Source of the DNA: Macrostomum hystrix
Lineage: Eukaryota; Animalia; Platyhelminthes
Assembly: GCA_950097015.1 (NCBI GenBank)
Contig: CATNEN010000038.1
Coordinates: 3,038,001-3,102,000 of the forward strand
Length of the DNA: 64,000 nt
Direction: 5' to 3'
Below, one piece after another: positions 37,930 through 49,800 of the stretch. The notes under the pieces were generated by a model. That model saw only the letters and a program-made list of their open reading frames with translations, was not told where the DNA came from and did not search any database. Position 1 is the stretch's first letter. The number at the start of each line of letters is the position of its first letter. The position numbers were made by a program, and so were the translations under genes.

Positions 37930-40900
37930 AGAGATCAGAGAGATCAGAGAGATCAGAGAGATTAGAGAGATCAGAGAGATCAGAGAGATCAGAGAGATCA
38001 GAGAGATCAGAGAGATCAGAGAGATCAGAGAGATCAGAGAGATCAGAGAGATTAGAGAGATTAGAGAGATCAGAGAGATCAGAGAGATCAGAGAGATCAG
38101 AGAGATCAGAGAGATTAGAGAGATCAGAGAGATCAGAGAGATCAGAGAGATCAGAGAGATCAGAGAGAGATCAGAGAGATCAGAGAGATCAGAGAGATTA
38201 GAGAGATTAGAGAGATCAGAGAGATCAGAGAGATCAGAGAGATCAGAGAGATCAGAGAGATCAGAGAGATTAGAGAGATCAGAGAGATCAGAGAGATTAG
38301 AGAGATCAGAGAGATCAGAGAGATCAGAGAGATCAGAGAGATCAGAGAGATCAGAGAGATCAGAGAGATCAGAGAGAGATCAGAGAGAGATCAGAGAGAG
38401 ATCAGAGAGATCACAGAGATCAGAGAGATCAGAGAGATCAGAGAGAGATCAGAGAGAGATGAGAGATCAGAGAGATCAGAGAGATCAGAGAGATCAGAGA
38501 GAGCAGAGAGATCAGAGAGATCAGAGAGATTAGAGAGATCAGAGAGATCAGAGAGAGCAGAGAGATCAGAGAGATCAGAGAGATCAGAGAGATCAGAGAG
38601 ATCAGAGAGAGATCAGAGAGAGATGAGAGATCAGAGAGATCAGAGAGATCAGAGAGATCAGAGAGAGCAGAGAGATCAGAGAGATCAGAGAGATCAGAGA
38701 GATCAGAGAGATCAGAGAGATCAGAGAGATTAGAGAGATCAGAGAGATCAGAGAGATCAGAGAGATCAGAGAGATCAGAGAGATCAGAGAGATCAGAGAG
38801 ATCAGAGAGAGATCAGAGAGAGATCAGAGAGAGATCAGAGAGATCACAGAGATCAGAGAGATCAGAGAGATCAGAGAGAGATCAGAGAGAGATGAGAGAT
38901 CAGAGAGATCAGAGAGATCAGAGAGATCAGAGAGAGCAGAGAGATCAGAGAGATCAGAGAGATTAGAGAGATCAGAGAGATCAGAGAGAGCAGAGAGATC
39001 AGAGAGATCAGAGAGATCAGAGAGATCAGAGAGATCAGAGAGAGATCAGAGAGAGATGAGAGATCAGAGAGATCAGAGAGATCAGAGAGATCAGAGAGAG
39101 CAGAGAGATCAGAGAGATCAGAGAGATCAGAGAGATCAGAGAGATCAGAGAGAGCAGAGAGATCAGAGAGATCAGAGAGATTAGAGAGATCAGAGAGATC
39201 AGAGAGATCAGAGAGATCAGAGAGATCAGAGAGAGATCAGAGAGAGATCAGAGAGAGATCAGAGAGATCAGAGAGATCAGAGAGATCAGAGAGATCAGAG
39301 AGAGATCAGAGAGAGATGAGAGATCAGAGAGATCAGAGAGATCAGAGAGATCAGAGAGATCAGAGAGAGCAGAGAGATCAGAGAGATCAGAGAGATTAGA
39401 GAGATCAGAGAGATCAGAGAGATCAGAGAGATCAGAGAGATCAGAGAGAGATCAGAGAGATCAGAGAGATCAGAGAGATCAGAGAGATCAGAGAGAGCAG
39501 AGAGATCAGAGAGATCAGAGAGATTAGAGAGATCAGAGAGATCAGAGAGATCAGAGAGATCAGAGAGAGATCAGAGAGATCAGAGAGAGATCAGAGAGAT
39601 CAGAGAGATCAGAGAGATCAGAGAGATTAGAGAGATTAGAGAGATCAGAGAGATCAGAGAGATCAGAGAGATCAGGGAGATCAGAGAGATCAGAGAGATT
39701 AGAGAGATCAGAGAGATCAGAGAGATCAGAGAGATCAGAGAGAGATCAGAGAGATCACAGAGATCAGAGAGATCAGAGAGATCAGAGAGAGATCAGAGAG
39801 AGATGAGAGATCAGAGAGATCAGAGAGATCAGAGAGATCAGAGAGAGCAGAGAGATCAGAGAGATCAGAGAGATTAGAGAGATCAGAGAGATCAGAGAGA
39901 TCAGAGAGATCAGAGAGATCAGAGAGATCAGAGAGATCAGAGAGATCAGAGAGATCAGAGAGATTAGAGAGATTAGAGAGATCAGAGAGATCAGAGAGAT
40001 CAGAGAGATCAGAGAGATCAGAGAGATCAGAGAGATTAGAGAGATCAGAGAGATCAGAGAGATCAGAGAGATCAGAGAGAGCAGAGAGATCAGAGAGATC
40101 AGAGAGATTAGAGAGATCAGAGAGATCAGAGAGATCAGAGAGATCAGAGAGATCAGAGAGAGATCAGAGAGAGATCAGAGAGAGATCAGAGAGATCAGAG
40201 AGATCAGAGAGATCAGAGAGATCAGAGAGAGATCAGAGAGAGATGAGAGATCAGAGAGATCAGAGAGATCAGAGAGATCAGAGAGAGCAGAGAGATCAGA
40301 GAGATCAGCGAGATCAGAGAGAGCAGAGAGATCAGAGAGATCAGAGAGATCAGAGAGATCAGAGAGAGCAGAGAGATCAGAGAGATCAGAGAGAGATCAG
40401 AGAGATCAGAGAGATCAGAGAGATCAGAGAGATCAGAGAGATCAGAGAGATCAGAGAGATCAGAGAGATTAGAGAGATCAGAGAGATTAGAGAGAGATCA
40501 GAGAGAGATCAGAGAGATCAGAGAGATCAGAGAGATCAGAGAGATTAGAGAGATCAGAGAGATTAGAGAGATCAGAGAGATTAGAGAGAGATCAGAGAGA
40601 GATCAGAGAGATCAGAGAGATCAGAGAGATTAGAGAGATCAGAGAGATTAGAGAGATCAGAGAGATTAGAGAGAGATCAGAGAGAGATCAGAGAGATCAG
40701 AGAGATCAGAGAGATCAGAGAGATTAGAGAGATCAGAGAGATTAGAGAGATCAGAGAGATTAGAGAGAGATCAGAGAGAGATCAGAGAGATCAGAGAGAT
40801 CAGAGAGAGCAGAGAGATCAGAGAGATCAGAGAGATCAGAGAGATCAGAGAGATCAGAGAGATCAGAGAGATCAGAGAGAGCAGAGAGATCAGAGAGATC

Positions 40901-42298
40901 AGAGAGATTAGAGAGATCAGAGAGATTAGAGAGATCAGAGAGATTAGAGAGAGATCAGAGAGATCAGAGAGAGCAGAGAGATCAGAGAGATCAGAGAGAT
41001 CAGAGAGATCAGAGAGATCAGAGAGATCAGAGAGATCAGAGAGATCAGAGAGATCAGAGAGAGCAGAGAGATCAGAGAGATCAGAGAGATCAGAGAGATC
41101 AGAGAGATCAGAGAGATCAGAGAGATCAGAGAGAGCAGAGAGATCAGAGAGATCAGAGAGATTAGAGAGATCAGAGAGATTAGAGAGATCAGAGAGATTA
41201 GAGAGAGATCAGAGAGATCAGAGAGAGCAGAGAGATCAGAGAGATCAGAGAGATCAGAGAGATCAGAGAGATCAGAGAGATCAGAGAGATCAGAGAGATC
41301 AGAGAGATCAGAGAGATCAGAGAGATTAGAGAGAGATCAGAGAGAGATCAGAGAGATCAGAGAGATCAGAGAGATCAGAGAGATCAGAGAGATTAGAGAG
41401 ATCAGAGAGATTAGAGAGAGATCAGAGAGAGATCAGAGAGATCAGAGAGATCAGAGAGATCAGAGAGATTAGAGAGATCAGAGAGATTAGAGAGATCAGA
41501 GAGATTAGAGAGAGATCAGAGAGAGATCAGAGAGATCAGAGAGATCAGAGAGATTAGAGAGATCAGAGAGATTAGAGAGATCAGAGAGATTAGAGAGAGA
41601 TCAGAGAGAGATCAGAGAGATCAGAGAGATCAGAGAGATCAGAGAGATTAGAGAGATCAGAGAGATTAGAGAGATCAGAGAGATTAGAGAGAGATCAGAG
41701 AGAGATCAGAGAGATCAGAGAGATCAGAGAGAGCAGAGAGATCAGAGAGATCAGAGAGATCAGAGAGATCAGAGAGATCAGAGAGATCAGAGAGATCAGA
41801 GAGAGCAGAGAGATCAGAGAGATCAGAGAGATTAGAGAGATCAGAGAGATTAGAGAGATCAGAGAGATTAGAGAGAGATCAGAGAGATCAGAGAGAGCAG
41901 AGAGATCAGAGAGATCAGAGAGATCAGAGAGATCAGAGAGATCAGAGAGATCAGAGAGATCAGAGAGATCAGAGAGAGATCAGAGAGAGATCAGAGAGAT
42001 CAGAGAGATTAGAGAGAGATCAGAGAGAGATCAGAGAGATCAGAGAGATCAGAGAGATCAGAGAGAGATCAGAGAGATCAGAGAGAGAGATCAGAGAGAG
42101 ATCAGAGAGATCAGAGAGAGATCAGAGAGAGATTAGAGAGATCAGAGAGATCAGAGAGAGATCAGAGAGATCAGAGAGATCAGAGAGAGATCAGAGAGAG
42201 ATTAGAGAGATCAGAGAGAGATCAGAGAGAGATCAGAGAGAGATCAGAGAGAGATGAGAGAGAGATCAGAGAGAGATGAGAGAGAGATCAGAGAGATT
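37930..42298. repeat. ~4.4-kb 9-bp satellite (agagagatc with att/agc/11-bp variants)
   Basis: Direct inspection. Confidence 0.97.
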
Positions 42299-42883
42299 AC
42301 TGGGATTATAGAAATACCATTTATTTGGATTTGGCCGCAAGTAGTCAGTAGTCCCAACACTTAGCATACTACTTTTCCAGCTCATGAGTAGCTTCCGCAA
42401 GGTAATAAGCGGATATATTTATTTAGCTGATAAAAATATTTGTTGTACGAAATTCGAAAGCCAGTTGTATAAGTCTTAAAGCAGAGCGGCAAAAAGGTGA
42501 AGTGTTTAAAAGTAAATGTTTTAATGCAAAAATTGTGGAAGCAGTGTAGAAAAGTAAATTATTGAATGGAATTCCATGAGTATACTTCACAGGGATTCAC
42601 ATGGATTATACTGCACAGTTGTAAACAAAAAATGGAACTCACGTTGAATTAAAAGATTATGATCAGTGAGATGCCTGTCAAATACTCGTAATTTCGATGG
42701 CTAAACTTTACCTGATATTGTTGCGGAAAATGATGTTGCACTTTAATTAATCGACAATGATCTATTTATAAAGAATGAATATTTCAGATAGTTACACAGG
42801 AGATATCTCATAGAGAATCGAGTGTCATGGGTTCGATTTCAGTTAAAATTTACTTCATTTTAAGACACGAAGAAAATATTTGT

Positions 42884-43963
42884 TCACACCTGCGACTCAA
42901 GCTTAATAGATGCACTTTTGTTGTTAGCCAAAGTAGTTCGGCTCCTCCTGAAGTTCTCGGGCGGGGACAATGACGTCATAGACAGACGGGAGTTTGGCCG
43001 CGACAGAGTGCCATAGCCGCTGCTGCCGACCGTGACCTTGGAGCTGGCGAGATTGTTGACTTCGGTGCTAGAGGCAGAGTCAGCTGCTTGAGCGCCGATG
43101 CAGCTGAAGAGGCTGATGAATCCTTCGAGCCGCCTGGTCAGTCTTTTGCGGACAGAGTCCTGCCTAGCTGGCTGCTCCTCACTAGTGGGGGCACCAGAAA
43201 AACTGGCGCTTCTTGAAGCAAGCTGGCTATGTCCACAGACAGTCTGCTCGCAATTAGCCATGCAGCTAGCCATGACAATACCGTTGGCGACTTGTTCATG
43301 ATCAGCCTGCGATTCGAGCTGGCGATGGTCTGGCTCCGCTGAAGGAGCCGCGCTCATTGTAACTGGTTCATCATCGGCCTGAGACTCGAGCTGGCGATGG
43401 TCTGGCTCCGCTGAAGGAGCTGCGCTCATTGTAACTGGTTCATCATCGGCGTGAGACTCGAGCTGGCGATGGTCTGGCTCCGCTGAAGGAGCTGCGCTCA
43501 TTGTAACTGGTTCATCATCGGCCTGAGACTCGAGCTGGCGATGGTCTGGCTCCGCTGAAGGAGCGCTCATTGTGACTGGTTCATGATCAGCCTGTGACTC
43601 GAGCTGACGATGGTCTGGCTCCACTGAAGGAGCGCTCATTGTGACTGGTTCATGATCAGCCTGTGACTCGAGCTGGCGAGTACCACAGCAAGCATCGTCA
43701 ATTGCCACAGTCGAACGAATTCTGACGGGCGCCTGATTGAAGGACTCAGCTCCCAGCCCGTTGGTCTGAGACAATCTGTTCCTGCGGTTGCTGCGCAGGC
43801 TGAGAGCGCTTCCGTGGCTCTCGCTAGTCTGATGCGACCGCCTTCCGGCGGCGTTCGGCTGCCACAGTTCCTCGTCCGAAACTGTTGAAGCCTGCGAATG
43901 GGGCGAGTGCGCCCGCAAGAGGCCCTCGAAATGAGACGAGTCGTGCCCAACTCCGCTGGACAT
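42884..43963 (-). CDS. Hypothetical protein exon (359 aa ORF) with 60-63-bp tandem coding repeats
   Basis: Long GC-rich ORF in AT-rich context. ATG preceded by an acceptor-like ttctttacag; possible donor CAG/GTGTGA at ~42890. Repeat RQLESQAD(H/D)EPVTMSA(A)PSAEPDH x5. No family recognised. Confidence 0.55.
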   Translation of the reverse strand: MSSGVGHDSSHFEGLLRAHSPHSQASTVSDEELWQPNAAGRRSHQTSESHGSALSLRSNRRNRLSQTNGLGAESFNQAPVRIRSTVAIDDACCGTRQLESQADHEPVTMSAPSVEPDHRQLESQADHEPVTMSAPSAEPDHRQLESQADDEPVTMSAAPSAEPDHRQLESHADDEPVTMSAAPSAEPDHRQLESQADDEPVTMSAAPSAEPDHRQLESQADHEQVANGIVMASCMANCEQTVCGHSQLASRSASFSGAPTSEEQPARQDSVRKRLTRRLEGFISLFSCIGAQAADSASSTEVNNLASSKVTVGSSGYGTLSRPNSRLSMTSLSPPENFRRSRTTLANNKSASIKLESQV

Positions 43964-45381
43964 TACTCAAATTCTGATTTCTGTCTGTAAAGAACTGAGA
44001 AAATGCATTTGCTTTATTCACGTATAGCAAACGCCACGGTATTTCCACGGCTTTTCCGCCAAAACTTAGCTGTTGGACCTTGTTGCCATGTACGCCGTTG
44101 AAGAGCTTTGACTGTACAATCGATATGTACTTTTTGTTTAACTAGACTCGGGAAGGAATAAAAACGCTTATCACATGATCCGAGTGGAACTATGAGAGAA
44201 TATTGTCTGTGAGCACACGTGACCCAACTGGTAAACTCACACTTCATTTTTCAACATCACACAATATTTCTACATGAGCTGAAATTCCTGATATGACCAT
44301 ATTTGGGGGGTAAAAATAGCGAGGAGGCAAGCCTCGAGGGTCGATATTTGGGCGGCTTGGCACGCTTTACTGCAAGGCTGACAATCCAGTTGTACTATAT
44401 CATACTCCACTAGATGATTCACTTGTTTGGCTGACGGCCTTTCCGCGGATTTTCCGCGCAATTCCCCAACTACTAATTGTAGTAGAACAGAAGTCTAATA
44501 TAGACCGTATACCTATTTAAATGCATTTTTTATTCGGAGTGTGAGGAATTCTACTGAAAGTAGAATACTTCTGTTAGATAATTAATTATTTAATTATTAA
44601 ATAATCTCACTCCTGTCTACCTCTCACGCTACTTATGTCGACCTCTCACTCATCACTCCATTTCTATTTCTCACTTTAACCTGTGTACCTTCCACTCTAG
44701 CGCATCTCTTCTTCTCATTGTAAGTCATGCCTATGCGAAGCAGATACGCAGGTGCGAGTTCCGTAGTCTATGGAACAACTAGCCTCTACTCACTAATGCG
44801 CTAATGACTGATTAGACTCACCTAGGCTCCTGAGCTTGATGAGGGACGATTGTACACTACTCACTCTATTCTCTGAGCGAATTTCTATCATGACTCGGTC
44901 ACGGAGACTTGATGTAACCGGTTAATAGTCGATTGGCATTTCAAAATAATTTCTCGTCGCCCCTCGGAGTCAATTGGGGGTATTTTGGTGGGTCAGGTGA
45001 CTGGGGTATTGTCCAGGTGTCGGGTCACGCATGCTCAGCTCTGTGCTAGTTCTCTCTGCCTCGGCCATCGCCTCGCTGTTCTGTTCTCACCGGTCTCTAA
45101 CCCGAGGCAGCGAATTAGCAGCTTGTGCTCAGCAGCAGAGCAGAAAAAAACTCATTGCAGAAATTGAGTGCGTACGACCCAGAGCACACTACCTATGTCT
45201 CTTATGCTGTTTCTCTCATGAACTCACCTTTTAGTGTGACATGCCCAAGAGAAGAATAAGGTGAAGGGCGCAGCTTTAGTTGGCTTGTTTCACACAGGTT
45301 AATGCCTACCGTTAGCCCCACTGACTAAGTCTTGAAAATAAACTACTGCAGGAGTGCACACAACAACACAAGATAGCAAAC

Positions 45382-46002
45382 ATGGATGATGGTGAAGAAA
45401 CAGAACAGCAGCAGCAGCAGCAGCAGCCGGTGTGGCTTCGCCAACAAGCTAGCAGCAAAGCGTCAGTCAAAGACAGCGGCAGCGGGGAGGACGAGGAGGT
45501 GGACGAGATCGACACTCTGGCGCATCTGGTCGCGCCGCGAATTCTCCGACGCCAGGACAGTCTCGGCTGCGGTGCGGTTGCCATGACAACCAGCGCAGCG
45601 CCTCGCTGCATTCGCTCCGACTCCACGGACAGCATCGGGCCGGAGTTGCGCACCTTCCGGCCGATTCAGGCAATGCCGCTGACTCCGCAGGGTGCGTCGG
45701 CGAGCAGCTCGGAGGAGGCGACTGAAGAAGGCGGGATCTGGCAGCCGAAACCGTTGCAGCCGCAGCAGCAGCAGCATCAGCAGCAGCAGCATCAGCAACA
45801 GCAGCAGCATCAGCAGCAGCAGCATCAGCAGCAGCATCAGCAGCAGCAGCAACAGCAGCAACAGCAGCAGCATCAGCAACAGCAGCAGCATCAGCAGCAG
45901 CAGCATCAGCAGCAGCATCAGCAACAGCAGCAACAGCAGCAGCATCAGCAGCAGTCGGCCGAGGTCGTGGACACAATTTCAAAAGGGGAAAATGTATCGT
46001 AG
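45382..46002 (+). CDS. Hypothetical polyglutamine/histidine-rich protein (possibly first coding exon)
   Basis: ATG in good context (aaacATGg), GC-rich ORF, (CAG/CAT/CAA) tract 45763-45954. No family recognised. Confidence 0.5.
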   Translation: MDDGEETEQQQQQQQPVWLRQQASSKASVKDSGSGEDEEVDEIDTLAHLVAPRILRRQDSLGCGAVAMTTSAAPRCIRSDSTDSIGPELRTFRPIQAMPLTPQGASASSSEEATEEGGIWQPKPLQPQQQQHQQQQHQQQQQHQQQQHQQQHQQQQQQQQQQQHQQQQQHQQQQHQQQHQQQQQQQQHQQQSAEVVDTISKGENVS

Positions 46003-46198
46003 TCCAAAAGGTCTAATAGCATCCAGTCAGCTGTTAGCCCTGGTGCTCTGAACTGCATGCGTAAGTACTCGTATCTCAGCTAGCTCAGCTACAGCAAAAG
46101 TATTATATATATAACTGATGAAGTTGACTTATTGAATTAAGCGACATTGCTAAACGAATTGGTCATGCTGAATTGCTATAATACGCGATCTGTTGTTT

Positions 46199-46559
46199 TA
46201 TAATAATAATCTCAGGAGGGCTGTGGGCTATGGCACATAATTAGGTGACACTAGACCCGCAGCCAGCGAGGAGGCAATTCTGCCCATTTCGCTGACTCCT
46301 GAGCACACACGCACACAGATACTGTACGCAGGCACACACACAGGACTGTGTGTACATCTGCCCTGACTTTCTCATCGTGAGGGAGTGCACATTTCACTGT
46401 GCCTTGGAGGTTGGCCCTCATGGGCGTAAATTGCACGACAAGCCCCCAAGCCTTCTCTCCGCGGCTGCGTCCTAGATGAATGTGGCCTCGCCGCGGAATC
46501 GAGCTCAGGGACCTTGGTGCGAGGGGCAAACGCGTTAACCGCTCTGCCACCGACCCCCC
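46199..46559 (-). mobile_element. tRNA-derived SINE (family A), full length
   Basis: Minus strand GGGGGTCGGTGGCAGAGCGGTTAACGCG...GAGCTCGATTCC, shared body, ends agccctcctgagattattattata. Confidence 0.88.
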
Positions 46560-46823
46560 GATGCTGTTCAGTGGTAGTAGAAGTACTACAATGCAAAGAT
46601 TTTTTTCAAACTAATGCAGTAATTTGCAATCTGTTTTTGTCTACATGCTTGACACAGAAATAAAAGCGTAACAATTTTAATTGAGTCGTGCTTTGCACTC
46701 GTATAAACAAATGTGAGTAAGTTTTTCCTATAGCAAATTGAACTAGACAATGTGACTCTGATTCACTTTTTGGTTGAAGAAAGTGAAGAAAACCTTCTTG
46801 AGGAGGGACTTCAAATTACAGGC

Positions 46824-49800
46824 CACAGAGAGAGGATAACAACCAACATCCGACAGAGAAAGGATAACAACCAACATCCTACAGACAAAGGATAACAACC
46901 AACATCCTACAGACAAAGGATAACAACCAACATCCTACAGACAAAGGATAACAACCAACATCCTACAGACAAAGGATAACAACCAACATCCTACAGACAA
47001 AGGATAACAACCAACATCCTACAGACAAAGGATAACAACCAACATCCTACAGAGAGAAGATAACAACCAACATCCTACAGACAAAGGATAACAACCAACA
47101 TCCTACAGAGAAAGGATAACAACCAACATCCTACAGACAAAGGATAACAACCAACATCCTACAGACAAAGGATAACAACCAACATCCTACAGACAAAGGA
47201 TAACAACCAACATCCTACAGACAAAGGATAACAACCAACATCCTACAGACAAAGGATAACAACCAACATCCTACAGAGAGAAGATAACAACCAACATCCT
47301 ACAGACAAAGGATAACAACCAACATCCTACAGAGAAAGGATAACAACCAACATCCTACAGACAAAGGATAACAACCAACATCCTACAGACAAAGGATAAC
47401 AACCAACATCCTACAGACAAAGGATAACAACCAACATCCTACAGAGAGAAGATAACAACCAACATCCTACAGACAAAGGATAACAACCAACATCCTACAG
47501 ACAAAGGATAACAACCAACATCCTACAGACAAAGGATAACAACCAACATCCTACAGACAAAGGATAACAACCAACATCCTACAGACAAAGGATAACAACC
47601 AACATCCTACAGAGAGAAGATAACAACCAACATCCTACAGACAAAGGATAACAACCAACATCCTACAGACAAAGAATAACAACCAACATCCTACAGACAA
47701 AGGATAACAACCAACATCCTACAGACAAAGGATAACAACCAACATCCTACAGAGAGAAGATAACAACCAACATCCTACAGACAAAGGATAACAACCAACA
47801 TCCTACAGACAAAGGATAACAACCAACATCCTACAGAGAGAAGATAACAACCAACATCCTACAGACAAAGGATAACAACCAACAACCTACAGACAAAGGA
47901 TAACAACCAACATCCTACAGACAAAGGATAACAACCAACATCCTACAGACAAAGGATAACAACCAACATCCTACAGACAAAGGATAACAACCAACATCCT
48001 ACAGACAAAGGATAACAACCAACATCCTACAGAGAGAAGATAACAACCAACATCCTACAGACAAAGGATAACAACCAACATCCTACAGAGAAAGGATAAC
48101 AACCAACATCCTACAGACAAAGGATAACAACCAACATCCTACAGACAAAGGATAACAACCAACATCCTACAGACAAAGGATAACAACCAACATCCTACAG
48201 AGAGAAGATAACAACCAACATCCTACAGACAAAGGATAACAACCAACATCCTACAGACAAAGGATAACAACCAACATCCTACAGACAAAGGATAACAACC
48301 AACATCCTACAGACAAAGGATAACAACCAACATCCTACAGACAAAGGATAACAACCAACATCCTACAGAGAGAAGATAACAACCAACATCCTACAGACAA
48401 AGGATAACAACCAACATCCTACAGACAAAGAATAACAACCAACATCCTACAGACAAAGGATAACAACCAACATCCTACAGAGAGAAGATAACAACCAACA
48501 TCCTACAGACAAAGGATAACAACCAACATCCTACAGACAAAGGATAACAACCAACATCCTACAGACAAAGGATAACAACCAACATCCTACAGACAAAGGA
48601 TAACAACCAACATCCTACAGACAAAGGATAACAACCAACATCCTACAGAGAGAAGATAACAACCAACATCCTACAGACAAAGGATAACAACCAACAACCT
48701 ACAGACAAAGGATAACAACCAACATCCTACAGACAAAGGATAACAACCAACATCCTACAGACAAAGGATAACAACCAACATCCTACAGACAAAGGATAAC
48801 AACCAACATCCTACAGACAAAGGATAACAACCAACATCCTACAGACAAAGGATAACAACCAACATCCTACAGAGAGAAGATAACAACCAACATCCTACAG
48901 ACAAAGGATAACAACCAACAACCTACAGACAAAGGATAACAACCAACATCCTACAGACAAAGGATAACAACCAACATCCTACAGACAAAGGATAACAACC
49001 AACATCCTACAGACAAAGGATAACAACCAACATCCTACAGACAAAGGATAACAACCAACATCCTACAGACAAAGGATAACAACCAACAACCTACAGACAA
49101 AGGATAACAACCAACATCCTACAGACAAAGGATAACAACCAACATCCTACAGACAAAGGATAACAACCAACATCCTACAGAGAAAGGATAACAACCAACA
49201 ACCTACAGAGAGAGGATAACAACCAACATCCTACACAGAGAGGATAACAACCAACATCCTACAGAGAGAAGATAACAACCAACAACCTACAGACAAAGGA
49301 TAACAACCAACATCCTACAGAGAGAAGATAACAACCAACATCCTACAGAGAGAAGATAACAACCAACAACCTACAGAGAAAGGATAACAACCAACATCCT
49401 ACAGACAAAGGATAACAACCAACATCCTACAGACAAAGGATAACAACCAACATCCTACAGACAAAGGATAACAACCAACATCCTACAGAGAAAGGATAAC
49501 AACCAACAACCTACAGAGAGAGGATAACAACCAACAACCTACAGAGAGAGGATAACAACCAACATCCTACAGACAAAGGAAAACAACCAACATCCTACAG
49601 ACAAAGGATAACAACCAACATCCTACAGACAAAGGATAACAACCAACATCCTACAGAGAAAGGATAACAACCAACAACCTACAGAGAGAGGATAACAACC
49701 AACATCCTACAGACAAAGGATAACAACCAACATCCTACAGACAAAGGATAACAACCAACAACCTACAGAGAGAGGATAACAACCAACATCCTACAGACAA

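Noticed and set aside
37838-40548. EIR/SER/DQR repeat ORFs
   Set aside because: Translations of the 9-bp satellite.
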